DNA from: Salisapilia sapeloensis CBS 127946
Lineage: Eukaryota; Protista; Oomycota
Direction of reading: 5' to 3'
Length of the DNA: 64,000 nucleotides
Assembly (NCBI GenBank): GCA_023334545.1
Contig: JAADVB010000064.1
Location: forward strand, 16,411-80,410
Below, in pieces: positions 22,114-34,168 of the stretch. The number at the start of each line of letters is the position of its first letter. The first letter of the stretch is position 1. The translations under genes were made by a program, and so were the position numbers. A model generated the notes under the pieces. The model had not been told where the DNA came from and did not search any database. It worked only from the letters and a program-made list of their open reading frames with translations.

Positions 22114-24651
22114 TTATCGTGAGCATCCAAGCCACGCCTCTTCTTCTGGATCGCAAGGTGACCCAACACCCAACTCAATTTGCTTCTTGCGAAATTTCAC
22201 GAATACTTCGTCAGTCGAGCAAAAAATGGCGCGCATTCGAGACGGGTAGCAGATACCAGGGTAGACCGTGGACGTATTGGTGTACGGCACTGTTATCTGG
22301 CATTCCTTGTACATTGTCCCATTGCATATCTCAATACTCTCTTTCGTTGGTGGCAACGTGGTTAAATCCACTCCACTTTGAGGAAGATTACAGATGCTAT
22401 AGCTATGCGTGTTTAGCAGTTTAAGTGTAGCCGGTGTTGCCTTGAGCGGCGAAGCTTCGTCCAAGCATTGAGATGGAGGCGCTCCACTAACAGGATCGCC
22501 TCTGCAGTAAGGGTGAGTAAGATCACAATCTCCCATAAACCCATTGCAGCATAAAGGAGCAGTTAATCCGATGACAAAGCTTGAGAGCTCGCCGACAGGG
22601 CTCATGTCGGGGAGGCTGATCAAGCGTGGGGCGTATCCAATCACAAAGTTTTCCAGTCTGTGCATACTTGCGAATGAAGGTAGCTGCTCCAGCTTGAACA
22701 CAAAAGCGACAACTATATATCGAAGATGTGTCGAATCTTCCAAGGTTGGGATAGCTGGTAGATTGGGATGCAGACCGAGATGGAAATATGTAAGCCACTC
22801 TTTCCCTTTCATCGCGTTCTCGTCGATTTTAATAAGATTAGTGTCCATTGTCTTTCCTTCCACTTGCCTGTGGCATCAACAAGCAGATAGCATGAGTTGT
22901 CGGTGGTAGATGGTAGTGGTAACTTATACTTACATAATCTCCAGATTTTTTAGCTTACCAAACCAATCTGGAAGTTCCGTCACGCCAGTATACATCAAAT
23001 ACCTACGAATAATTGTGAGCTCATCTTTATTCTACCGACGTCTATATATGCATCGTGATTACAATATTTTTAGCTGCGTGCAGTACTGGAGTTCTTTTGG
23101 CAATACCTCCAGTCGACGATTCATAATCATTATGATCTGGAGGTCACGAGACTTAGCCAATTCTTTTACAGCAGCAGAGATGTCCTTTGGCTCGATCCAT
23201 TCTTCATACGACTTAATTGCCGGGTCCACATCCACAAGACCAATACAAGGGCAAGATTCCATCGATTCATACCGATAAGCGTACATGACGCACTCAGGAT
23301 GCGGTTCGCAGATGGCATTCGTTCTTTCAATTGCAGTCATTGGCACGTATATAGAGAGAACAGACATGACAAGGAACAAGGCAGCTACCACCTTTGGCAC
23401 CCGTGTCTGCTTTCTTCTCTTGACAGCATCTTTTGCCTCTAAGCAATGCTCTTGAATATGTGCCTTGTGTTTTAGGATTTCTGTCAATCTCTGGAGACGA
23501 TAACAAAACGCCAAATTGATGCTGATCTGGATGATATAATCCATGACAGAAGTAATTCGTTGATTGTCGAAGCTCATTCGAAATCGTGTGACCTGTATTG
23601 GATCTGAGTGTAGACGTATGACTCGATCGAACGCCCCAGGCCCGAACGCACTATTACGAAGTTCAAGCATACCGTGATCCAAATTCAGCTTATAATAGGC
23701 AAAAACCATGGATGCTATAGGAAATCCAACTGCGATCATCATATCGAAGCTACGTCCAAATGCATATGGTCCTTTAGGATCGATCAAATGACTACTAAAG
23801 CGATAGCTTTACGTACACAGAGTCAAGTACCACTTCCGAAAAGGCTGAAATGTCTTTACCAAAGAGAATCAAAGTAGCACAAGATAGTGAATTGGCCGAT
23901 ACTAGCACTCCGCAGCAGTAGATCAACTCCGTCGGAGAGCCACTTTCCATCATGCGATATTGTGTGATCGACTGCATTATTAAGTCCCCGGATTTAAGGA
24001 GCACATTCTAAAGCCATCCACACCAAGCAATTAATAATGATATCAATCATAACAATGGTAAGTACTTACCCAAACTCGGCGATACTTGCCCTCGTATCCA
24101 GTGACACTACTCCATACTTGGCGAATTAAAGACTTCCTATTTTCTTTTGAGCTCAAAAGAAGTTGTCCAACTGTGAAGTCACAGGAAGCTACCGAAGCCA
24201 CATTCGATTTCTTCTTGACTGCTATGGGTCGATCTTTAATCACAAGGAGTCGAAGCACATACATGTAGCACAGAATCAAAAACGACAAGGTTCCAACTAT
24301 AATTGCCTTGAATGGTGTATTGGGCTCGACAATCATCCAAAACTCTCCATTATCGTACTCTTCCGTACTTGCAAGTCTGTTGGCTGTATAATTTGGATCG
24401 GTGTTCAAAAAGACCAGCCATAGTGTCCACAACAAGGAAATGCTGGTAATCAGAACAAGGGGAATGCCGTATCGACCAAAGGTCTGGAAGAATGATGATT
24501 GCAGTACTACAAAATCCTCTGGACCGCTTAAACTTCGTCTCAACTGAGATGTAGTTGTCGGAACGCCTTCGTTCACTGAGGTCTCATCATTGAATGGGAC
24601 AACAGAATTTGAGGGGATCGTTTCTTTTGGATCATCCACAACTTTTGACAT
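22114..24651 (-). CDS. Multi-pass membrane protein with C-terminal leucine-rich repeats and Cys-rich tail (oomycete TM-LRR family), 5 exons, ~760 aa
   Basis: Exons 24651-24070, 24007-23817, 23749-23063, 23002-22934, 22867-22114 sum to 2283 nt. Contains hydrophobic helices, LRR-like units (LEVLPKELQYCTQL, VTELPDWFGKLKNL, LEQLPSFASMHRL, LISLPDMSPV) and ending CDPEEEAWLGC. Confidence 0.85.
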
Positions 24652-26152
24652 GGTGTTGGGAGAGCTGTCAAGATAATCCAGGCAAGAAGCTTGTGAGCGA
24701 CCTGCTACAATCTATTCTCTAACAATGACGAGATATATTTACACAGACGAAACGGACGACTATTTTAGCACACTCGCTGAAACGTTCGAGATCTTACCTT
24801 GGTTACCCCAACGCGGGTGCTAATTCCAGTTGTTAATGGCCACGTAAGAGCCAACGCTTTTACCCCATTCGTATCTTGCTATTCGTCATGTGAAATAAAG
24901 TCGTCGTACGATGACCGATCCAATGCATTCTCGTTTTTCTTGTATTCTATTTGAGAAAAATGGAGGATTCTGAGTGCAGAGGGAGATGCAAGCGTCTATT
25001 AGGCCAAACACTTACTCTGTTTAGTGACGTACTAAGAGATATACACGGTTGCCGACAAAATAAACTACTTACGGCTATAGAACCTCGCAGGATATATATG
25101 TCATCTCTCTGTAACAATCTCGAAGATCGAATGCTATTTGGAAGGATGGATTAAGTTTACTTGTCAACCGTACATATGACACCTGCAGACAACAGGGCTT
25201 TTAATCGAGATTTTCTGTATCAAAAGAGTAGCTAATAGTAGGCTAGATATAGCTAGTTCATCGCGTTTGAGATTTTAGATTTTAGTATGATCGACCTCGA
25301 AGGATAGATTCATCTATCTTTGGTAAGCGGTAGCCGATGCTATAGTCCGATAAAATTGAACTTTGCCGCGTATTTGACTTTATTAAAAGCGTCGATAGCG
25401 CATCAGAGCCATCTTGTACTTTGGCATCGTTAGCATCAAGATCTATAGACATAATCTTTAGTAAAATTCATCTTCACGTCAATGCAGACATAGTAGTTAG
25501 TATTAACAGTGCCTAGTTCATGTTAAGGACATGTGCGGACTTGTGTTTGAACTTCCTAAATGTTATCACGTCGCACAAAAAGATCAATCTTTTCCTTCTC
25601 AACGAAAGCTTACAAAAAGCTAGTTGGTCAAAATTGCAAATCCAAGCACTAGATTTAAACTACAAGTCACGATAATTTCCCAGCAGACCAATCTTTAAGG
25701 GTGGATGCTATAATACAGTCCAAAGCTCATCATCTCGATCAAATCAAGTTACTACTTATATGTTCACGGTTTATTAAAAGTTAATACTTTGCTGTGGGCC
25801 AAGTTAAGAAAAATTGACCTATGTTTCGGTCTCCAATTCTGAGTTTGGGCTGGATCAAGTTGAAGTACACCCGACTCAGAAATCTCGTCATGACAGCAAG
25901 CTTCGCAACTAATATGACTTCTACTTGGTCTAATCCACCACAGAAGCCAGATAATATATTCGTCCTGACAAAACAAGCGCACTCGAATTGCTATCGATGA
26001 AGAGGCATGGCGCGCAAGCTTCGGGTAGTGCGATCGAGACGAACGGATGTAAAGTGGTCACATTGCCCTGTCCATATGATGCGACCTTTCAGGATCTTTC
26101 AAACACATACTTGCAAATTGTGTACTGACACCACCAGACAAAGCGCTGCTAG

Positions 26153-26739
26153 ATGGAGGTACTCGAGGATCGCGAAAAACGACTTCGCGCTCGCATCGGC
26201 ACGGCTAATCGAGAAGATGAAGAGCCTATACTGACTCGCTTACAATCTCTGGAAGCACAGTTGTACGACGTGACATCGAGGATCCCTGGCTACTACAGCC
26301 TCCATGAGAATTGTGCTGCTTATCTCTATGCTTCTAAAGACCATTCGCTCATCGCTCTCTAGACACATCGAACCAAGCTCTCTTGAATCACCGATCCAGC
26401 CTACTCTCGTCTCATGCAGAAGAGGGAGATGCGATTAAAAGAGCGATTCTACTCACCTCCGAGTCCCAAGTTGAAGACTATGCGCACCAGCTACGCACGA
26501 TCGACTCCCTCTCGCCGGTGCTAAATCATCTCCGATCCTTCCAGACGCAACTGCCCGAAATCCAATCTCAGATCCGTCGCACAAAGGACACTGCGGATCA
26601 CAACGCCGAGCAGGCGTTGCAACTGCATCGTCGCGTACAAGCTCTCGTGGGTACCTATCGCCTTATGATCCAAATCCTGTCGGAGAAATTGTCTGCAGCG
26701 CATGAAGCCGTCAGCGTCTTAGAAAGTCGAATCAGTTGA
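26153..26739 (+). CDS. Dynactin subunit 3 (p22/p24)-like coiled-coil protein, 2 exons, 178 aa
   Basis: Exons 26153-26312 and 26363-26739 (50-nt GT-AG intron). Size and pattern (KRAILLTSESQVEDYAHQLRTIDSLSPVLN; LHRRVQALVGTYRLMIQILSEKL) recall DCTN3. Confidence 0.7.
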
Positions 26740-27086
26740 GAAAGGCGTTTTGCATGAGATATGATTCCTACTTTTTTTTAACAAGTCTATGATTTCTACC
26801 ATATCTTCCTGTCATCCACTAGCGACTGGATTAAGCTTAGGAAAAGATCCTTGCTGTCTGTCAGATGAACCTAGGTGGATACCACGTAGCGACTGGTGGC
26901 GTGTGCTCTCCAGTAATCCTACTCTACTCTTCGTCTTCGACCTTAGAAGGATGGGTGTAATTCTGATGAAGGGTAGGCGTGAAAAAATCCAGTAGCGTCC
27001 GATCGTATGATACATGGACGTGCCTTCGTCTCATTCTCCATTCGCCAGAGCTGTCACTCGATCTGAAGCAGCAGCAAGCTTAGATC

Positions 27087-28814
27087 ATGAGGGACTCTGC
27101 TGCTCGTCGACAGAAATCCGAGTGGCGACAGACCATCGCCGCCGGTGTCGCCATCGCCGGCTGCGTCATCGGGATCGTTGTGTCCTCCTCCTACCGGTAC
27201 TATAAGCAGCAGGACGGACAGAGAGTCGGTCGAGAGCTCGAAGAGTCCTCCAACGCTACCCAGGCGGACGATGGATGTCCGCACTTGGAGTCGTGGGAAG
27301 TCAATGGTGGTATCGTTGCCTACATCGTCGGACTTGTCTATCTTTTCGTGGCACTCGCCATCGTTTGCGACGACTACTTCGTCTCTGCCTTGGAAAAAAT
27401 CACTGAAGCGCTCAAGCTGTCGCAGGATGTGGCCGGCGCAACTTTCATGGCTGCTGGGTCGTCTGCGCCAGAACTCTTCGTCTCTCTCGCCGACAATGTC
27501 TTTCGGGAACCCAAGGAAAGTCTTGGCGTCGGCACCATCGTCGGCTCCGCTATCTTTAACATTCTCATCATCATCGCCCTCACGGCCTTGCTCGCAGGTC
27601 AGGTGCTCGAACTAGACTGGCGGCCGATGGTCCGAGACTCCTTGTGGTACATTGTCGCCATCATCGCGCTCATTGTCACCACTCACGATGGCGACGGAGA
27701 CGTGTACGAGTCTGCTGTGCTCTTCATATTGTACATCCTGTATACGCTCTACATGGCTGTCAACGAACGTGTCATTAGCCTCTTTTGTCCTCGTCCGAGT
27801 GATGCTGCGCACACGACGCCTGAATCTGGCGACATGCAGGCCGAAAACAATGTCGAGTCGACCACTAACTGGGAGTCCGTCCCGGAGCTCGCGGCAGCTG
27901 ACACCGAGTCCAAGGACCGGGCGCAACGCCACTGGGGCCTTGCGATCGCCCATGCCCAGGCATCCGCTCGTTCCCAACTGGAAGCACAGAACCCTCAGAC
28001 GTCCGCGACGCGCCAGTCGTGGTCGAAACTCATGTCGGATCTCGTGGAGCAAGGGTACTTGGCCCAGAACCCGATCCACTCGGCTCGACACCGAGTCTTC
28101 CGAACGCCCGTGAGAAAAAACACGACCGGCGTGTCGTCCGAGATCATGTCGCAAGGCACAGTGGACGGTGCCGCGACTTTGGGGGAAGAGAGTCAAGTCG
28201 AGGGAGGGTACTTTAGTGACCTGACAGAAGTGCCTACGAGTATCCCAGGCAAGATATGGTTCGTCTTCACGCTTCCCATCAACCTCGCGTTCCGACTGAC
28301 GATTCCCGACTGCCGATACCCTCGCTTCAGTGGGCCGTTGGGGTACTCTTCCAGCTTCATCCTTTCGATCGTTTGGATCGCCATTCTCTCCCACTTCACA
28401 GTGAAATGGGCGACCATGTTTGGATGCATCGCAGGCATCCCGTCGGCGCTCATGGGCCTCACGATCATCGCCGCCGGGACTTCCATCCCAGATGCGCTGT
28501 CCTCTGTCCTTGTGGCTCGTGCCGGACATGGCAACATGGCCGTGTCCAATGCCATTGGCAGCAACGTCTTTGACATTTTGCTCGGTCTCGGTCTCCCGTT
28601 CTTCTTGTCGAACCTCATCTACGACAAGTCGGTCGTGATCGACTCCGAAGACCTGCTGACGTCCATCATCATCCTTTTTTCCGTCCTGATCCTAGTGCTG
28701 CTCGTACTGCTCGTTGGCAAGTGGAAGCTGTACCCATGGTCTGGAGGTATCCTGATCTTCCTCTATGTTCTGTATGTGATATACTCGTACTTGCATGGAC
28801 TCGGCATGCTATAA
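27087..28814 (+). CDS. K+-dependent Na+/Ca2+ exchanger (NCKX/SLC24-like, CaCA family)
   Basis: 575 aa; LAIVCDDYFV, alpha-1 AGATFMAAGSSAPELF, GTIVGSAIFNIL, alpha-2 AAGTSIPD, GNMAVSNAIGSNVFDI. Confidence 0.93.
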   Translation: MRDSAARRQKSEWRQTIAAGVAIAGCVIGIVVSSSYRYYKQQDGQRVGRELEESSNATQADDGCPHLESWEVNGGIVAYIVGLVYLFVALAIVCDDYFVSALEKITEALKLSQDVAGATFMAAGSSAPELFVSLADNVFREPKESLGVGTIVGSAIFNILIIIALTALLAGQVLELDWRPMVRDSLWYIVAIIALIVTTHDGDGDVYESAVLFILYILYTLYMAVNERVISLFCPRPSDAAHTTPESGDMQAENNVESTTNWESVPELAAADTESKDRAQRHWGLAIAHAQASARSQLEAQNPQTSATRQSWSKLMSDLVEQGYLAQNPIHSARHRVFRTPVRKNTTGVSSEIMSQGTVDGAATLGEESQVEGGYFSDLTEVPTSIPGKIWFVFTLPINLAFRLTIPDCRYPRFSGPLGYSSSFILSIVWIAILSHFTVKWATMFGCIAGIPSALMGLTIIAAGTSIPDALSSVLVARAGHGNMAVSNAIGSNVFDILLGLGLPFFLSNLIYDKSVVIDSEDLLTSIIILFSVLILVLLVLLVGKWKLYPWSGGILIFLYVLYVIYSYLHGLGML

Positions 28815-30092
28815 ACGATCGACGAAAGGATGGGAGACGCCAGTGGAAATAGGTGCTTTTTGATATTATCAACTCCAGTTATGCATGTCCAAACTACTTT
28901 GACCTTGTACGATTCTACTTGCTTTCTTTCATCCGTATCCTATCGATCTTCAACTAAGAGCAGGAGCTAGTCGTCCAGCAACACTTGCTGTGGGGTGGCC
29001 AGTCAGTGCGGCACGAGCGGAGAAAGAGTCTGGTGGGAAATCTTTTCTTTTCGTAAACGAAACGTCGAATCAACGATAGTGCCAAAAGGTGGACAGATAG
29101 AACGAGGTCGACGAAATGGTGACTGGACCAATCTGTCGCTTTATACATTGCCACCCGATTGGAGTCGCTCTCATGGACCGTGAGTTCGGAGATGCTCAGT
29201 AGGCTAACCATCGATATGGTAAAGCAGTACAAATCCCGCATGAAGCTTTGTTTGTGAGATCTTCCAAATAATCTTTTAGACAACCTGGGTTGACCCTCGT
29301 GCATGAAGTTGGATACATGACGGATGGTACGTCGATTGGAAACTTGGCACGTCGATTAGAACGGTCCAATAAACTATTTTTCTATTCAAGAAGCGTGCGG
29401 ATATAGCCGTGGGTTGAATGCCGGTTGTGCGAGCAAGGATACTGATGGTATACAAAAAAGCTTATTCGCTTGAAGCCTGTCTTCTTAAACGCGTTCCAGT
29501 ACGAGTTCCGTTCTCAAGTTCGTTGAAGTAACGGTGCTCATCTTGTAGTTGAATCAAGGATTCGTTTGAAGCAAAACTATATACGTTTAAGGAAATGGCA
29601 AGTTTCGACCGAATGAAGCGGAAGACAGAACTGACCACTTTTGGGTCCGTGAATGCTAACGCCACCGAACAGCGTGACTCATTTGCAGTCTCATCTGGTC
29701 GAAACTTTTATGAACTGCACGATCTCTATCCACTCTTTATAATAGCAGACACGCAAAAGCTTTGGGCTGTGCTAGCATGGTATTTCAGAAGCACCTAGTA
29801 AGCAGGCAATGGGCGAGGTCGAGTATTCTTCCGAATGGATGTGAACTGAATCTCAGACACGGTGGCTGTTAAAGGTCGAGTCTTCAACGTCCATCTCGCG
29901 GAAACCTACGGTCCAGTTGTGTAGAAGAATAAGTGGCTGCAATTTGCGACTCGTGTATGATCACTCGATACAGGCAGCAAAGTCGCGGAAGCACACCTTG
30001 TTTATCGAAATATAGCACTGACAATTTATCCAGTTGCAATACTTCCCAGTCGAGTCCTCTCATTCTCAGACATTCCCCGTAGCACTCAAGTC

Positions 30093-31634
30093 ATGGTTAA
30101 TACCTCGCTTCCGGCTCCTATGTTCGATTCAGTCGACCTCATGCCTGAGGAGCAAGAAGAGTACTGCCGCATACTCACGGACATCCTTTATGAAGGCCTG
30201 GTCGAATACAATACCTACCGCGAGCAGCCTGTGTGTCCAACCAAGTCGGATTGGAAATCTTACAAAAAGCATGAAAACATAAAGTTTTATCGTCAGCGCC
30301 AAGCATCCACCCCGTCGCGTGCGATGGAATCGGTAGACCACTGTGCCCATCGGCCTGTTGCCATCCTTGGACTTGGAACGTTCCCTGGAGACTTGGATGC
30401 TCTCATGTATGGACTCTGCATGCCCGATCGATCGAGCATAATGCAGGCCTACAAGTATGCCTCCGTCGAAATTGAAGATGCTAAAATACTTGCTGTCATC
30501 GACAAGCCCAGTCCGAACCAGCCATACCATAGTGTCACCCTCCAACGTCTCGTCAAGCCGATGCCAAAGAAGCTCGGCTGTATCGTCAAATCTCGTGTAC
30601 TCGAAGTGTTGCAAGCGACCGGCATACTCAGCCTCCCGGATGGTTCCAGAGTTGGCTATCACATCCTCCATTCAGTTGACCACCCAACGATGGATGACCA
30701 TCTAAACAAGAACATGGTTCCAATGCGCATCTCGCATTGTTCTCTTTTCCGTCAGGTCGGTGAAAATACCATCGATGCACACCTGCGCGGCTTCCATGAA
30801 GGAGCTGGCCAACTACTTGACGAGTTTATCGCACTTTCGGGTGCCAAATCGCTTCAGATGTGTACGAAAGTGGTGGAAGTTGCTCGCAACAAGAAGCTAT
30901 TATGGCTTCTTCGTAGACGTGAGTACGAAGATCGCCGCCGTGCGTTCACTGTACCAATGCATGACAACCCATTGGCCAATAGGCGTCTTTGCGGTACTTG
31001 TGGAAAGCGGTTTAATCCACTTCGATGGTCTCGACCTTGTGTACTCTGCGAGCTCCCTACTTGCTCATCGTGCCGAGTGGAGAGATCCATTATCGCCGCG
31101 CTACCACCTCGAAACACCCAAGCAACGAAGAAGACAGTTTGCAAACGATGCGTGCTGAAACTTGGACGGGAGAGCACTTACCGCATCGCACGTGAAGAAG
31201 TTCAGGCTGGACGCTACGAAACCACGAGTATTTACAGCGATGAATGGGCTCGTATGGACCAAGTGCAACATTCGGAATGGAGTGGAAGTGACCACTGCGT
31301 GGGTGAAGGTCCAAATGAGACAATTTTGTCTTCATTAAGACCAAGTGTCCCGGCAACGTTAAGCCTGACAAGTTCACGGTTCACTTCTAGTCTCTTGGAC
31401 TATTACAGGACAGAGCTAGAATCACCTTCTGTTGTAAGCAGATCTGTTTCTGATGTAAGCAAGTCATCAGACGATCGCGAATGGGAAGAAGCTACAGCTG
31501 AGCTCGAGAAGATGCTCGAATGCAAGGAGCAGATTGCTGGTTTTGAAGAGAGACAAAAGATGTGGCTCAAACTCACAGAGATGCGACTCATGCATATTAA
31601 AGAGCACTATCGAGATGAGGACAGACTCAATTAG
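30093..31634 (+). CDS. START-like domain + FYVE-like zinc finger protein (oomycete family)
   Basis: 513-aa ORF; N-terminal WKSYKKHENIKFYR...GDLDALMYG...GYHILHSV pattern, then CGTC...CVLC...CSSC...CKRC. Confidence 0.88.
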   Translation: MVNTSLPAPMFDSVDLMPEEQEEYCRILTDILYEGLVEYNTYREQPVCPTKSDWKSYKKHENIKFYRQRQASTPSRAMESVDHCAHRPVAILGLGTFPGDLDALMYGLCMPDRSSIMQAYKYASVEIEDAKILAVIDKPSPNQPYHSVTLQRLVKPMPKKLGCIVKSRVLEVLQATGILSLPDGSRVGYHILHSVDHPTMDDHLNKNMVPMRISHCSLFRQVGENTIDAHLRGFHEGAGQLLDEFIALSGAKSLQMCTKVVEVARNKKLLWLLRRREYEDRRRAFTVPMHDNPLANRRLCGTCGKRFNPLRWSRPCVLCELPTCSSCRVERSIIAALPPRNTQATKKTVCKRCVLKLGRESTYRIAREEVQAGRYETTSIYSDEWARMDQVQHSEWSGSDHCVGEGPNETILSSLRPSVPATLSLTSSRFTSSLLDYYRTELESPSVVSRSVSDVSKSSDDREWEEATAELEKMLECKEQIAGFEERQKMWLKLTEMRLMHIKEHYRDEDRLN

Positions 31635-34168
31635 TTAGAACAGCCAAGGATGTGTTTATAAGATTCTTGGTCTAATATAAATTCATTATTTTTATCGTGC
31701 CATTCTTCCTACTTAGATTGTGACTCGATCTCGTAGCCTGTACAGTAACCTAGGAGTTGCATGTTTCATCCTCATCGCTCATGCTAGACACCAGCTTCAA
31801 GTTTTAAGTCCTCTTTAAGGTCAATTGCATAGCTACTCCTGGATATATAATTGGTCGTGGGGTTGGTCCGTGGAAGTAGCTTCTCATAAGTCGAAAGTAG
31901 AAGATCATGACAGGAGACGCTTCAATTATTTAAATTTGGATGCTACAAAATAGCCTGCGCACACACAAAAGTTCTATTTATCTTTTCATCATGCAAGCTA
32001 GTTCTGCTTCTAAGGAATGGTGCATAATGTAGTCTGTTTAGATTCAATGCAGAACGCATCGAGGGTAAAGTCGAGTCATCGAGCGTGCTACGGGCGATTT
32101 CGTAGACTGCAATTGGTGAATAGAAACGGAAGTGCTGTATGACTACGACGATGCGACTGTCTTGATATGCTATACAATCATCTCATCAGTGAAGCATTGT
32201 GCGCAAGTAAAGCTTGGACTGAAGTTTATTCCCAAAAAGTTGCAAAGACGTCGATTCTAACTGGACCTTGCTTTTCGTTGTGTATAAACCGAAATAAACT
32301 GCAAGGAATCTTGCAAGACAGGATAGCTCTTTCAAAGCAAGTTCTTCAGGCAAATTTTATTGGACAGTTGTCGATGCATAGACGAAAGCATGAGGAGAGG
32401 AATTGTGCTATGAGCACACAAGACTGCAAATGACAACCATCTTTGCAGTCATATTAGTATCATCGTTGAGAATTTAGCTCTTGTGGGTAGTTGTTATGGG
32501 TTTCGAGTCGAGACTTGCAGTGCATACAGCTATATGTCATTAATGCTAACGCTTTCGAACCAACACATACAAGCTTTTGTACTGACATGGTGCAACGACT
32601 TCATGCTTTCTTTTAAATCTAGCGAGTGTGCTTGGAAGATAGCTAACCGGAGAGTGTGCTAGGCATGATATCTTCGAGTAAATTGACTTAGCTCCAGGAA
32701 GATAACGGATAACTTGCATTCGTTTGTTGCTTCCCATCTTTTGCCATTCATTAGTTCCCGCTCCCCTGTCGACTTACTCTAGGTAACTTCAGCAGACTTA
32801 CTTTCTGCCATCTTAAGCATCCTCTCCATGCGGAGCTTTATAAGACAAGGTAAGCTCTGAAGCGATGGATACATATAGCATTTTACTCAGCCAAGGCATC
32901 CAACTCTTAAGCTTGCAAACTGTTCTGCGTACCATTCATGAATCCTTGCGTGCGCTTGTCTTGTTGCAGAGCAAGCTGTAGACAAGACAGGGTTTCCCAC
33001 TTTCAGACCCGTCATTCTCTTTACCTGTACGCTATGGAGATTTATATGTATGTATACTAGATAGAGGTACTTGTGTGATGTTCGGGAAAACATAATCGTC
33101 ATTTTATACACGAGCACGCAAAAGCTGCATTTGCCACAATACCTCCGTAAGCACCCTTGTTTGAATCTACAAGGTAATTCTGATTCCGGGCTATTGTCCT
33201 GTGAACCTCTTCGAGCTGTTGTCTTTCGTATCAACTGTTCTACGATAAGTTTAGTGACGGGCTTGCCAACTTGAAGGAAAAAGCGTGCGCCAGCGAAAAA
33301 TTAGATCATATTGCCGCGATCTTGCCTCACTTGGATGACATTTGACAACACCAAATCGGCAGCGATTCACATAGCGGCTTTGCCTTTCTAGGTTACCATG
33401 AAAACCGACCACGACTGTGGGCATCCAATTTCGATGAATGCCGATTCAGCACGAACACTCGTGTAACGTTTAGCTAAAGCTTTTGAACGAAATGAATCTG
33501 ATTCAGAAAGGAGATAGTGGATCTAAATGGTTTCGTCAGCGCGAATGATCGCGTTCATTGGTAGCTTGGTCCTTGTAAGGTCCAGTTTCCTGTCACTAGT
33601 CCAAGAGGATAACATTGCGAAATGTAAGCTTTGCAAAGCAATTCGATCCACATGAAGCGTTTCACGACAGTCTCGTTGTTGCATTGCACAAGTCTCCATT
33701 TTAAAATACGGTAAACCTAGAGCTATTGCTGGTAGCAAAAGGTGCCACGTTACAACTGTTGACTGCGAATACTTGATTCCCCCTTCAAACTGAATGGACA
33801 CCAACAAACTGACCCTACATGCTTGAGCGGTTCTCTGTCACCCAGTGTCCTTTTTGTTGTGGGATTCGCAACATCATTCGTGAGTTATCGATACATCGAC
33901 GCATTGCAGCACCGTTGTCAATGCCCATAATGCGCCAAGTAAGGCGTAACGAGACTGCTTTCTAGAAGCCATACAACCGGGCGATCGTTGAATGTGCCTG
34001 ACGTAGTCTTGATACGTGTGTGGTTCGTATGGAAACTCTGGATTGTCAGATTTGCAGATGAGGCTCTAATTTGGTGCTGTAGCCATTCCAGTGTGATGGC
34101 GTACGAGCTGAGAGAAATGAACCTCTGTGTCGTTCGTAAATTCAGATGATCATTATCGCTTTGCGACC

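Noticed and set aside
27612-28529. 305-aa antisense ORF within the NCKX gene (and many similar ORFs in the NCL, trypsin and phosphatase genes)
   Set aside because: Expected stop-codon depletion opposite GC-rich coding sequence.
33319-33400. Reverse-transcriptase-like words (PHLDDI ... FLGY)
   Set aside because: Spacing is far too short for an RT palm, there is an in-frame stop, and no other RT, integrase or LTR features are present.
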